The position numbers were made by a program, and so were the translations under genes. A stretch of 64,000 bases of DNA from Candidatus Poribacteria bacterium (GTDB lineage Bacteria > Poribacteria > WGA-4E > WGA-3G), in contig CBDANF010000002.1 of NCBI GenBank assembly GCA_965197475.1, forward strand, positions 800,001 through 864,000, read 5' to 3'. This document shows positions 1 to 10,214 of this stretch, one piece after another (position 1 is the first letter of the stretch; each line of letters begins with the position of its first letter). The notes under the pieces are model-generated. The model saw only the letters and a program-made list of their open reading frames with translations, made no database searches and had not been told where the DNA came from.

Positions 1-145
1 CATATAAAGGAATTCCCTCCAAAGCACATATTTTACGAGTCTAAAGAGTCCTCATTCAGAACAAATGAATAATCCATATTATCATTACTTTGTTAAACAC
101 GCATCTGCGCCAAGCAGTGCGCGTTTTGATGTCTTAGAAGGAAAA

Positions 146-2350
146 ATGACATGTCTGTCATGGGTTATTATACCATACGTGATTTTATTTTTTTTCTTCT
201 CTATAAATACCATTAACGCTCAAGTTCCTTTATCGCTAACCCGTTTAACAGAAGCAATTGAAATTGATGGCTTAAGCGATGAACCGGGGTGGCAGAACAT
301 CCCACCACTCCATCTCACCATGTATAAGCCCACATATCGGGGTGAACCGACCGAAAGAACTGAAATCAGAATTGCTTATGATAGTGATTATTTCTACTGC
401 TCGGCGCGATGTTATGACACCAACTCTTCTGAGATTCGTGTAAATTCGCTTTACCGCGATCGGTCGAGCGGAGATGATAAATTTGGAATCGTTCTTGATA
501 CCTTCAACGATAAAAAATCCGCCCTACAGTTTTGGACAACCCCAGCTGGTATTCGAGGTGATAAAGCCATCTATAAAGATGGCAAATCAAATAACAAAAA
601 TTGGAATACCTATTGGGATGTTGCTGCTGTTCAGAATGAAGAGGGTTGGTTCGCTGAGATGCGGATCCCTTTCTCCAGTTTAAGTTTTCAGGATGAAAAC
701 GGTAGGGTTGTTATGGGACTAATCGTTTATCGAGATATTGCCCGGAAAAATGAAAGGCTTGTCTTTCCGGATCTGTCTCCTGAACGCGGTATAGATACCC
801 CGTCTCGAGCACATCCTGTGATTTTAGAACAGGTCCACAGTCAAAAGCCGGTTTACTTTACGCTTTATGTAGTTGGTGGACTTGAACAAAAATCGACGTT
901 GAATGATGCCGAAACAGCGTATCATCTCAAAAATAATCTTGAGAGAGGTATAGGGCTTGATATTAAATATAACTTTACGAGTAACCTAACTCTGGATACG
1001 ACCCTAAACCCTGATTTCGCGCAGGTAGAGGCAGATGATCAGCAGGTTAATTTAAGTCGATTTTCGCTGTTTTTTCCGGAGAAGCGGCAATTTTTCCAAG
1101 AACGTTCTGGGATCTTTTCCTTTAATTTTGTTGGACGCTCTCGACTTTTCCATAGCCGTCGAATCGGTATTGAGGACGGTGAACAAATTCCTATTATTGG
1201 CGGAGCAAGGTTAGTCGGACGTGTCGGAAATTGGGATCTCGGTTTTCTTGACATGCAAACGACACGTAAGACTGAAATTCCAATTGAAAACTTCGGCGTG
1301 CTGCGGATGCGCCGCCAAGTTCTCAACTCACACTCCTACGCGGGCTTAATGGTAACAAACCGCATTGACGAAAAAGGCAATTACAACTTTGCCTATGGGA
1401 TCGACGGTATCTTTCGACTTCTTGGAAAAGAATATTTAACCCTTAAGTGGGGACAAACTTTTGAAGATGAGATCATTCAAAAACAAACATTTAATTTTTT
1501 GGATGCATCGATGTTTCTGGTAGATCTAACGCGCCGCACCGACGTTGGCTTCGATTATCGACTTACTGCAGCTCGGCGCGGGGATGACTTTTTGCCCGGA
1601 ATAGGGTTTACATCTCGGAAAGATTTCACACAACTGGAAGGCAGTTTTCGTTATGACTGGCTAATGGGAAAACGAACTTCATTTAGACAGATAAGTCCAT
1701 TACAGTTTTCTGGAGATGTCGCGTTCCGAAATGAAAATAGGTCTGTTGAATCTGCCAATGCTGAGTATGCTATTGATCTGGAGTGGAAGTCTGGGGCAAA
1801 TGTATCTATGGATTTGGAAATGGATTATGAAGATCTGAAAAAAGATGAAGACTTTCCAGAAGGGACGATAGTTCCAGCTGGAAGTTATACCACCTTTGAG
1901 ATTAAGGGTGGTTACGATATGCCAGGAGGAAGTTTATTCCGAACCGATTTTGACTGTTCTTTTAGCGGGTTTTTCGATGGTTGGCAACTTGATTTAGGTG
2001 TTAAGCCAAAATGGAATGTTTCCCGATATTTGGAGATGGGAAGTGAATATGAAATTAATGTTGTCCGTTTTCCCAGTCGCAATCAAGGATTTAATGTGCA
2101 TGTGATTCGGCTTCGAACACGGGCAGCGTTTAACACACAAGCCTCTCTGAATGCGTTCGTGCAATACAGTAACGTCAGCGATCAGTTTTCAACAAATATC
2201 CGATTTCGATACAATTTCGGTGAAGGAAATGATTTATGGTTGGTTTATAATGAAAATCTCAATGCATACCGAGATGATGAAATACCGAGGAAATTACTAA
2301 CGAAGAGACGTACACTATTAATGAAGTATACGCATACCTTTGGGATATAG
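146..2350 (+). CDS. CBM9-like/DUF5916 domain exported protein
   Basis: Hydrophobic N-terminus after ATG146 (RBS GAAGGA). Contains IDGLSDEPGW, W.AEMRIPF and NPDFAQVEAD..NLSRFSLFFPEKRQFF motifs typical of DUF5916 proteins. ORF track starts at 65. Confidence 0.8.
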   Translation: MTCLSWVIIPYVILFFFFSINTINAQVPLSLTRLTEAIEIDGLSDEPGWQNIPPLHLTMYKPTYRGEPTERTEIRIAYDSDYFYCSARCYDTNSSEIRVNSLYRDRSSGDDKFGIVLDTFNDKKSALQFWTTPAGIRGDKAIYKDGKSNNKNWNTYWDVAAVQNEEGWFAEMRIPFSSLSFQDENGRVVMGLIVYRDIARKNERLVFPDLSPERGIDTPSRAHPVILEQVHSQKPVYFTLYVVGGLEQKSTLNDAETAYHLKNNLERGIGLDIKYNFTSNLTLDTTLNPDFAQVEADDQQVNLSRFSLFFPEKRQFFQERSGIFSFNFVGRSRLFHSRRIGIEDGEQIPIIGGARLVGRVGNWDLGFLDMQTTRKTEIPIENFGVLRMRRQVLNSHSYAGLMVTNRIDEKGNYNFAYGIDGIFRLLGKEYLTLKWGQTFEDEIIQKQTFNFLDASMFLVDLTRRTDVGFDYRLTAARRGDDFLPGIGFTSRKDFTQLEGSFRYDWLMGKRTSFRQISPLQFSGDVAFRNENRSVESANAEYAIDLEWKSGANVSMDLEMDYEDLKKDEDFPEGTIVPAGSYTTFEIKGGYDMPGGSLFRTDFDCSFSGFFDGWQLDLGVKPKWNVSRYLEMGSEYEINVVRFPSRNQGFNVHVIRLRTRAAFNTQASLNAFVQYSNVSDQFSTNIRFRYNFGEGNDLWLVYNENLNAYRDDEIPRKLLTKRRTLLMKYTHTFGI

Positions 2351-2362
2351 CGCACAAACGTC

Positions 2363-3395
2363 TTAATCATGTCATTTTGACAAAGAACTCATAGCGAGTA
2401 AGAGCTAAGCATCGTTGAAAGTTCTCCGAAAGTTTATCATTGAATATGCTAAATTACGAAAACCTAAATGGGTTTCTTTGAGTTTATCATAACTAAGGAC
2501 GAGTTTCCGATAAGTCCCTTGCCAACCAAAGGTTCGCTCCACTTTATATCGGTCTTTGTCCATTTTCTTGTTAAACCACCGGAACGGACGGGCAATTACA
2601 ATAGGTTCTTTGGCATTCCGCCGGTTCGGATAGATCACCGGGAGCAGCCCGTGTTGTTTGATAATCTTATGATTCTTTTTGGAATCAAAACCGGAATCCA
2701 GTGTTAGAGCGGAAGCACTAAGATCCATTCCAATACGATTAGCAAAGGCGATAAGATTCGGTGAATGTTTCGGGCAAAATCTTTGTCCCATGTTGGTTGA
2801 CAGGTTTGATGGTTATCGGGCTGATGATGAACCCTTGATTGTCAGTGATGATCAACTCTTTTTCACCTTTTTGATGTTTGTGGCCTGAATAACCGATGTT
2901 GTCCCCTTTTTTCCCGACGGTATTTGACCCATCTCCATGAAGTTAAGAGGTGTCAAGTTGGTCGGTGTCAAGCAGGTGTATCACTGATGCCTCAAAAAGT
3001 TTCTGATACGAGCCATCTTTTGACCACCGATTATGCCATTTATAGATATTAGACCAATGGAGTTCAGGACACCGGGTTCGGAGTTGATCCCATTGAATAC
3101 CCGTATGTAAAACATAGAGGATATAGTTGAATATCTTGTCCAAGGAGAGTTTCGGTTTCGGGCCTTTGACTCGTTTCGCTAAATGTGGTAAGATATAACG
3201 ATTGAAATCTTTACGGGAAACCTGTTTGGGAATACAGTTGTATTTTGGTGATTTTTGAGCCTCGTTTGCCATAATAACACCTTTCATAAAGTAAAGCGGT
3301 ATCTGAAGTGGAAAGAATGGGACATAAATTATACCCTTTTCTTTCCCTATTTTACCACATCCTTATGTTTTACTCAATATGACTTCCATGATTAA
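2363..3395 (-). mobile_element. IS5-family-like insertion sequence, degenerate
   Basis: Imperfect terminal inverted repeats TTAATCATG-TCATTTTGA (2363) and TCAATATGACTTCCATGATTAA (to 3395) flank transposase fragments. Confidence 0.65.
2405..3287 (-). pseudogene. IS5-family DDE transposase pseudogene
   Basis: N-terminal part has ILYVLHTGIQW...WSKDG. An in-frame TAA at 2945-2943 is followed by LHGDGSNTVGKKG..GYSGHKHQKG. A frameshift near 2760 leads into LDSGFD...RYKVERTFGW. Confidence 0.8.
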
Positions 3396-3397
3396 TG

Positions 3398-3727
3398 CAG
3401 AGCCATTCAATTCTCCGGTAGTTGCTACCTTCTGATCACGGTCCTTCCTCTGTAGGAGCGACCTCCTGGTCGCGTTTAACCACTAAAATGCACATAAAAC
3501 CGAAAACTGAATGACTCTGTGCCGTTTGCCTCGTAGATTGCGTAAATCTGGAACTTCTACTAACATTTCAAATAGATGGCGAGACTTTGGTTTGTCATTG
3601 TTCATCTCAAATGATTTTAGGGTAATCTTTAAGGTGAAGTCCATCATGTGTGGCGCGAAATGTCATGCCACACATGATTATTACCTACACATACATTGAT
3701 ATGTTTTTCGAAAACTGAATGACTCTG
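3398..3727. repeat. MITE-like remnant with a duplicated right end
   Basis: CAGAGCCATTCAATTCTCCG at 3398 is an imperfect inverse of CGAAAACTGAATGACTCTG, which occurs twice (ending at 3519 and 3727). A REP-like TGTAGGAGCGACC..GGTCGC lies inside at 3451. Confidence 0.55.
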
Positions 3728-3749
3728 ATTGCAAGTTTTGATTATGGCA

Positions 3750-5345
3750 TTATAACGAAATTGATGATGGGTGTTCCTGTATCACAGAAATCACATAACT
3801 TCGAATTTTCAAACCTTCAAGGATTTCAGTTTCTACGCGAGGGTTCGGTGTTTTGCGGTGATCAAATACGACGTAATACCCTTCCACGGCTTTTTCTGAT
3901 CCAACGTACGTGGCGAGTTGTGCTTTGCCTGCCTGATACCGAGCATCTCCACCCCAGATTTTTGTTTCAACGATGTATTTTCGGTTATTGTGAAGTATTA
4001 GGATATCCATTCTGCCGCGTCCTGTTTGGACCTCAAGGTACATAGTTCCACCTACAATCTGAACAAATTGGCTCAGATAAGCGAAGAGGAGATGTTGACC
4101 TACGTATTCTTGCGATGTTTCTGGCACTTCTAAAATCTTGAAACCTGCGCGTGCAATAAAATCTCGGAAATTATTGAGGAGTGCTTCCATCTGAATATGT
4201 CCATCCGGGGTGAGGTAATCCTGAAATCCTGTGCGGTTGTCTTCTGGTAAATATTCTTGTTCCAGTCCATTCACTATCGATTTGAATGCTCGCATGATGC
4301 GATATTGATAAATCGGGTTCACAATTTCACACATGCCATCAGCACCTTCAGCAATGACACCATAAGTGGCGAGTTCGCTGATGATTTCACTATCCAAATT
4401 GAAGTCCACGCCCTCATCATAAGAAGCAATTTTAAGGAGAAGTGCTTCAAATCGCCGGTCGCTACGGATATTTGTTATCAGATGATTGATGTTTGTATTG
4501 CGTTCGCGAAGGATTTTTACATGTGCTTTTGAAAAATGTTCCATTGTAATTGGTTCGCTTTTCGGGATATCAAATTCTTCGGTAAGAATCTGTGCAAACC
4601 GATTAACAAGCACGGGTTGACCAGCAGTCTGTTTGTGAATAGATTTGATGACATCGGGGTCAAAGGATTGTCCAACTTCGCCCGTATACTGAGAAAGAAG
4701 TTCTTGCACTTGTTCAAACGTGAAATTGGGTAATTTGAATTCGTCTTGGATATTGAATGGTGAGATAGAGCGATCATAATTCAGTTGGGGGATGCTCTTG
4801 ACACCGACAATGCCAACACTGTAAGGACATCGATCCTTTCCAGAGAGGTATATCTGGCGGAGTGAGTGCAAAAACCCTCGTAAAGCTGGTGGAGTAGCAT
4901 CAAACTCGTCAATAATCATGACAAATCGTTGATTTTCCAACAGACTCCCAAGGGATTCAAAAAACTCTCGCATTGAAACAGAATCGGTTATTTGTGCGTT
5001 CGCCAAAAATTGGTTGAGACTATCAGAAGGATTCTTGCCACGTTTTTGGAATACGTCCTTAATTTTCTTACAAATTTCTTTGCAGAGAGAACTATAAAAG
5101 ACAGAAGTTTCAATGTCCACATATCCCTCAAAATTAAGTTGTATTGGAAAATATCTATTCCCTTTGCTTTCAAGTGCATCAAGCGCGTTTCGGAAAAACG
5201 TAGTTTTGCCTGTCTGGCGCGGCGCAAAGAGAACTATGTATCGCCCCTTTTCCAACCGATCTACAAAATCCGCGAGTTCCTCTGTTCGGGCGACAAAGTA
5301 GTTATCCTCAGGGTACACGGGGCCGCGAGTTTCAAACTATCGCAT
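3750..5345 (-). CDS. AAA-like ATPase with C-terminal PD-(D/E)XK nuclease domain; in-frame TAG at codon 3, possibly a pseudogene (alternative GTG start at 5318)
   Basis: Walker A APRQTGKTT, Walker B IIDEFD, SPFNI, C-terminal EVQTGRGRMDILI..IVETK. Upstream reads AAGGAG-8nt-ATG CGA TAG TTT GAA ACT CGC GGC CCC GTG. Confidence 0.8.
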
Positions 5346-5520
5346 CTCTTACGCTCCTTAAGTAGTTGAAGGAATTATATCAGAATATTGTGCGGAAGTC
5401 TATAAGAAAGAGGTGTTTTGAAAGAATTTTGTTTTCGCAAAGAACAGGAAGACCTCTTATAAAGAGAAATAAATTTCACGAAAATAAGTTGATTTTGGAT
5501 ATATTTTGTGGTATTCTTAA

Positions 5521-5806
5521 CTAAAGTTGGGACAATTTCTTTCAGTTTCATGTTGCGTTTTCCAGTATTTTTCTGCAGGTTTTGCATGGAATCGTAACTT
5601 GCAGAAAAATCCCGCTGTTGTCCACGCATTTGTATATAAGCCACCATCAGTCCGCGTGTCAGGTGTTTCGGTTTATACCAATGGATACTAAGCGTGCGGA
5701 GCACAGATTCAACTTCAAGAAAGGGCTCGCCTTTTTGTGTTATCTGAAAGGATAACCTCTTTTCTGCTTTCTGTCTCTAAAAAAATGAAAATTGTCCAAA
5801 CTTTAG
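5521..5806. mobile_element. MITE / internally deleted IS
   Basis: Inverted repeats CTAAAGTTGGGACAATTT and AAATTGTCCAAACTTTAG, flanked on both sides by TAA (putative target duplication). Confidence 0.65.
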
Positions 5807-5918
5807 TAATTGAGTGTGGAGCATAATTGTTTGAAATAGCGCACCGCTTTTCTTGTGGGAGGGATTTACAATCCAGATTTATTCCGGTTCTGCTTTCAGA
5901 AATCGAAATTGAATCGCT

Positions 5919-5947
5919 TTGACAATTAAACTTCTGAATGGTAAACT
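5919..5947 (+). promoter_or_regulatory. sigma70-type promoter of the RM operon
   Basis: TTGACA-17nt-TAAACT with TG extension. Confidence 0.55.
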
Positions 5948-6006
5948 GCTTTTGTAGAACATAAGCATCTGCAACAACAATTCAGCTGTCGTAGAAAGGA
6001 CTTGAA

Positions 6007-7581
6007 ATGCTTCTGACACTCAAACAGGCAAGCCAATGGGCATCAGAACACCTCAATAAAAACGTTACAACCGCAAATATATCCTATTTAATTCAGTATG
6101 GACGGATTGAAACCGTTCTTGAAAACGGGTTAACGTTAATTCCCTTGAATAACCTCGAAAATTATTATGGCCAAAGCCTTCGAGAAATGCGATGGAAAGA
6201 TGAACTCGGCGATGACCTGAATTGGACACTGTCCTTTGAAAAGATTAAAGAGACGGAAACAACAAAACACGTCCATCGGCTGCATCCCTACAAAGGTAAA
6301 TTTATCCCCCAATTAGTTGAATATTTCTTAGGTGCACATACCGACGATTTTAAGCAGAACGTCTATTTCCAGCCTGGCGATATTGTCCTTGACCCGTTTT
6401 GCGGCAGTGGGACCACATTGGCACAAGCGAGCGAACTCGGTATGCATGCAATCGGCATTGATATTTCTGCTTTTAATGCTTTCATTAGCAATGCCAAAGT
6501 AGGTACATTCAATTTTGTTCATCTGTATGAGGAAAGTCAGAAAATTACTACAGCACTAAAAAATGTTGTAGCCACATCTGGGATAACCGAATTTGAATCT
6601 AAACTTGCAGATTCCCTTGCCGAATTCAACAATCAGTATTTTCCTATATCCTTCAAACGCCAAGTCAGAACAGGTGAAATTGATCAGAAAAAGTATGGTG
6701 CTGAGAAAGAAACCGCTTTTTTAGAGACATACAAACAACTCGTTGCTGAATACCAAATTGATATTCAGATGCCAACTGATTCTGCTCGTTTTATGAAGCA
6801 GTGGTATCTTCCGGGTGTCAAGGCGGAGATAGATTTTGTCCATAATGAAATTCGCAAAGTAGAAGGGACATCAACACAAAAAGCTTTGATGCTTATTTTA
6901 AGCCGGACAATTCGTTCTTGCAGAGCCACAACGCATGCAGATTTAGGCACACTACGGGAACCTGTAACAACAACCTACTATTGCAGAAAGCATGGAAAGG
7001 TTTGTAAACCACTCTTTTCCATTTTAGGATGGTGGAACCGATACTGCAAGGATAGCATTGAAAGATGGGTTGAGTTCAGTCCGTTAAAAACAGACACTTT
7101 TCAACACTGCATAACTGGTGATTCCCGGACAATTGACATCTTCACGATGTTGAGACAGGCAAATCCACAATTGGCAGAATTTACCCAAAAACAACGAATT
7201 AAAGGCATCTTTACAAGTCCACCTTACGTAGGACTCATCAACTACCACGAACAGCACGCTTACGCCTATGATCTCTTTGACTTTAAAAGGTTAGATGAAT
7301 TAGAAATTGGTCCTCTGTTTAGAGGAAAAGGACGAGAAGCGAGAGAGTCCTACATTCAGGGTGTAGCCGAAGTTTTCAAAAACAGTAAGCAGTTTTTGGC
7401 TGACGATTACGATGTCTTTGTTGTAGCAAACGATAAGTTCAACATGTATCCGACTATCGCTGAAATTGCAGGAATGTCCATTGTTAATCAACACAAGCGA
7501 CCTGTCTTAAATCGGACAGAAAAGAATCGGGAGGCAGCATATTCCGAGACAATATTTCACTTGAAAGAAAAAAGGAATTGA
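6007..7581 (+). CDS. Type II amino-DNA methyltransferase (m4C-type, M.MjaII-like) with N-terminal HTH-like segment
   Basis: HPYKGKF, motif I DPFCGSGT and catalytic TSPPY. Adjacent to a restriction endonuclease gene. Confidence 0.88.
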   Translation: MLLTLKQASQWASEHLNKNVTTANISYLIQYGRIETVLENGLTLIPLNNLENYYGQSLREMRWKDELGDDLNWTLSFEKIKETETTKHVHRLHPYKGKFIPQLVEYFLGAHTDDFKQNVYFQPGDIVLDPFCGSGTTLAQASELGMHAIGIDISAFNAFISNAKVGTFNFVHLYEESQKITTALKNVVATSGITEFESKLADSLAEFNNQYFPISFKRQVRTGEIDQKKYGAEKETAFLETYKQLVAEYQIDIQMPTDSARFMKQWYLPGVKAEIDFVHNEIRKVEGTSTQKALMLILSRTIRSCRATTHADLGTLREPVTTTYYCRKHGKVCKPLFSILGWWNRYCKDSIERWVEFSPLKTDTFQHCITGDSRTIDIFTMLRQANPQLAEFTQKQRIKGIFTSPPYVGLINYHEQHAYAYDLFDFKRLDELEIGPLFRGKGREARESYIQGVAEVFKNSKQFLADDYDVFVVANDKFNMYPTIAEIAGMSIVNQHKRPVLNRTEKNREAAYSETIFHLKEKRN

Positions 7582-7584
7582 TAG

Positions 7585-8355
7585 ATGTCCTTACAACGAC
7601 TGACGATGATAAAACAGAAAATTAAGGAATATATGCGGGATAAGTTCCGGTCGTACAACCCTGAAACACGTCACATGCCATTCCACTATCGCCTGCTTGG
7701 CAAAGATAGGATGGCTTTATTTTCTTTCATTCAATCCTTAAATACAACATTTGGTATCTCAATATATGAACCGGTAGCGATTGCATTGGCGAGTGGAAGG
7801 TTTAGGGTGGCAAAAAGCCAAGTTAAACCCGCTGACGAAATAAGTTCCGAAGCACATCAGCAAATTCAGACAATAATGGATGAGTTGGCAGTGGCTGATA
7901 GAGAACCCGATAAATCTGTTGAAATAGAAGAAATTAGAAAAGTTTGTCGAACTGGAATTGTAGACAAAGTAAAACTGACGAGGGTAGATATCTGGTTGGA
8001 AAACTATGAAGGTGAGTTATTTTTATTTGATCTTAAAACTGTGAAACCTAACAAAGGTAATTTTAAGGAATACAAACGAACTCTCTTGGAGTGGACCGCC
8101 GCCGAATTAGCAAGAGATCCAGAGGTAGTCGTGAATACAATGATTGGCATTCCTTACAACCCTTATGAACCGAAACCTTATCAACGGTGGACGCTGAAAG
8201 GGATGTTAGATCTCCAGCATGATATTTTAATAGCAGAAGAACTGTGGGATTTTATTGGTGGAGAAGGAACTTACGCAGACCTTTTGAAAGCTTTTGAGCA
8301 GGCTGGAATTGAGTTAAGAGATGAAATTGATGAATATTTTAAACAATTCAGCTAA
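7585..8355 (+). CDS. Type II restriction endonuclease, TdeIII family
   Basis: MPFHYRLLGKDRMALFSFIQSLNTTFG.SIYE, VDIW...LFDLKTVKPN and IGIPYNPY motifs. Starts 3 nt after the methyltransferase stop. Confidence 0.85.
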   Translation: MSLQRLTMIKQKIKEYMRDKFRSYNPETRHMPFHYRLLGKDRMALFSFIQSLNTTFGISIYEPVAIALASGRFRVAKSQVKPADEISSEAHQQIQTIMDELAVADREPDKSVEIEEIRKVCRTGIVDKVKLTRVDIWLENYEGELFLFDLKTVKPNKGNFKEYKRTLLEWTAAELARDPEVVVNTMIGIPYNPYEPKPYQRWTLKGMLDLQHDILIAEELWDFIGGEGTYADLLKAFEQAGIELRDEIDEYFKQFS

Positions 8356-8436
8356 TCAAATGTTGATCAGGGTGACAGATGCTTTCTCAAGTTATTTAAA
8401 GATTTTTGGTGAAACCTAAAAAGTGGAGGATAAACA

Positions 8437-9168
8437 ATGTCTCAAATCAAATCAGTGTTACTATGGGAAAACCAACGGAGGTATGTCCGCGAAGCAATAG
8501 ATGCTGGCACCCTCAAAGGTGCGATCATCCCCACAGGAAGCACAGAACAACACAACGAACACTTGGCGATGTATCACGATACACAAAGTGCGGTGTACGT
8601 CTCCAAATTGGCAGCTGAAAAGTTGTTCCCGCAGGTGATTGTCACTACGCCTTTGGCAATCGGCGTGTCAGAACACTGGATGGATCACAAAGGCACGCTC
8701 ACGCTTCGTGCGGAGGTTTTTGGTGAGGTGCTATACGATGTCGCCGATAGTATGCGTCGACACGGTATTGACAACATCCTGATTGTCAACGGACATGCAG
8801 GCAACTCAGGTCCAGTACATCAGCGGTTGGATGGTTATCAAGAGAAACTCGGTATCAACATCGCATTTCATTCCTATTGGGAAGCGTACACTGGCGAGTT
8901 GGTCAAAGAGCAGATGGAATCCGGTGTCTGTCCTGGGCACGCAGCGGAGTTTGAGACAGCGTTTGCCCTCGCCGCTTTTGCAGAAAACGTTGATTGGAAC
9001 GGCGTGGATTACGATAGCGCAAAACTCACCATCTCTAATGAGGGGCAGGCGAAATCTGACCGAGAATATCACCATCAAGCGAAACTCGCCACCTCAGAAA
9101 AAGGGCAAGTGATGATTGATGTCGCTGTGGACTGGGTTGCAGAAAAGATGCAAGAGATGATGTCGTAG
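8437..9168 (+). CDS. Creatininase/amidohydrolase family protein
   Basis: PTGSTEQH..HL..D, GVSEHW, NGHAGN and GHAAEFET motifs. Confidence 0.9.
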   Translation: MSQIKSVLLWENQRRYVREAIDAGTLKGAIIPTGSTEQHNEHLAMYHDTQSAVYVSKLAAEKLFPQVIVTTPLAIGVSEHWMDHKGTLTLRAEVFGEVLYDVADSMRRHGIDNILIVNGHAGNSGPVHQRLDGYQEKLGINIAFHSYWEAYTGELVKEQMESGVCPGHAAEFETAFALAAFAENVDWNGVDYDSAKLTISNEGQAKSDREYHHQAKLATSEKGQVMIDVAVDWVAEKMQEMMS

Positions 9169-9175
9169 CCCTCAC

Positions 9176-9234
9176 TGTAGGCGCGCTTTGTAAGCGCGCC
9201 CTTCCGTCATGCGCGGTTGAAAACCGCGCCTACA
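9176..9234. repeat. REP-like doublet palindrome between convergent genes
   Basis: TGTAGGCGCGCTTTGTAAGCGCGC...GCGCGGTTGAAAACCGCGCCTACA. A near-identical half lies at 54121-54144 on the opposite strand. Confidence 0.75.
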
Positions 9235-9247
9235 AAATTGCCTTTTT

Positions 9248-10036
9248 CTAATGTCCCTCAAGAGCCTTCTGAAGTTCATCTCCATGTTGTCGCCACCAAC
9301 TGTAGAGGATCGAAATATCGGTGCCGATGCAGAAATGCCGCACGCCCATATCAAGGAAACGTTTCGCGCCATCAGCATTCCCAATTTCTGCGCGCGGCGG
9401 CACACCCATTTTCAGCGCAGTCTCAAACACTCTTCGCTCTGTTTCTTGAATTTCAGTTGAACCACGCTGACCCACCTTCCCGATGCTCATAGAATAATCC
9501 GATCCACCCCACTGAATCATGTCAAGACCTTCAACAGATAATACCTCTTCAAGGTTTTCAACTGTCCCCTTCTTCTCAATCATAATGACAACCACAACAT
9601 CACGGAGTGCCTGCACATACTGCGATCCTCCGCCATACCCCATATAAGCGAACCTGCGAGTTGCCACGCCATAACTACCGCCATCTTCAGGTGTATCTGC
9701 ACGCGTAATCTTAACACACTCTTTCACATCTTCAACGTTTTGGCAATCCGCGTATAGCACACTCTGAAAGCCAGATCCGATTGCGCGTTGTGCGATGAAA
9801 CCCCGCGGCTCCTGGTCAACTTTTATCATAGTAGAGATGTTATGAAGTTCCGCTGCTCTGCACAAATTATCTAAATCGTGCAGGTCAAATGGGCCATACT
9901 CTCCCACAAATTCGACATAGTCATACATGCCAGTGTGACCAATCGCCTCAACAATGGATGGCCAAGTGGTATGAATGTGTGTTCCAACGGTCGGTTTGTC
10001 AGCATTGAGCAGTTCACGAAAGGTATTTTTTCTCAT
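9248..10036 (-). CDS. HpcH/HpaI aldolase family protein
   Basis: GMYDYVEFVGEY, VVIMIEK, GLDMIQWGGSDYSMSIG. Start re-assigned to MRKNTFRELL. Confidence 0.85.
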   Translation of the reverse strand: MRKNTFRELLNADKPTVGTHIHTTWPSIVEAIGHTGMYDYVEFVGEYGPFDLHDLDNLCRAAELHNISTMIKVDQEPRGFIAQRAIGSGFQSVLYADCQNVEDVKECVKITRADTPEDGGSYGVATRRFAYMGYGGGSQYVQALRDVVVVIMIEKKGTVENLEEVLSVEGLDMIQWGGSDYSMSIGKVGQRGSTEIQETERRVFETALKMGVPPRAEIGNADGAKRFLDMGVRHFCIGTDISILYSWWRQHGDELQKALEGH

Positions 10037-10214
10037 ATATTTTCCTCTTCTGTTTGGGTAAGAACAATCTGTGATCACGATGCTTCGGCTTCTAAATGCG
10101 TTTATATTAACAGGAATCCACACTTTTTTCAACTGCAAAATAACGTTTGCTAATGGACGCAATTTTTGTTAAACTGATAGTGCATCGCAACTTGGAGCAG
10201 AACGGAGGAATCCC

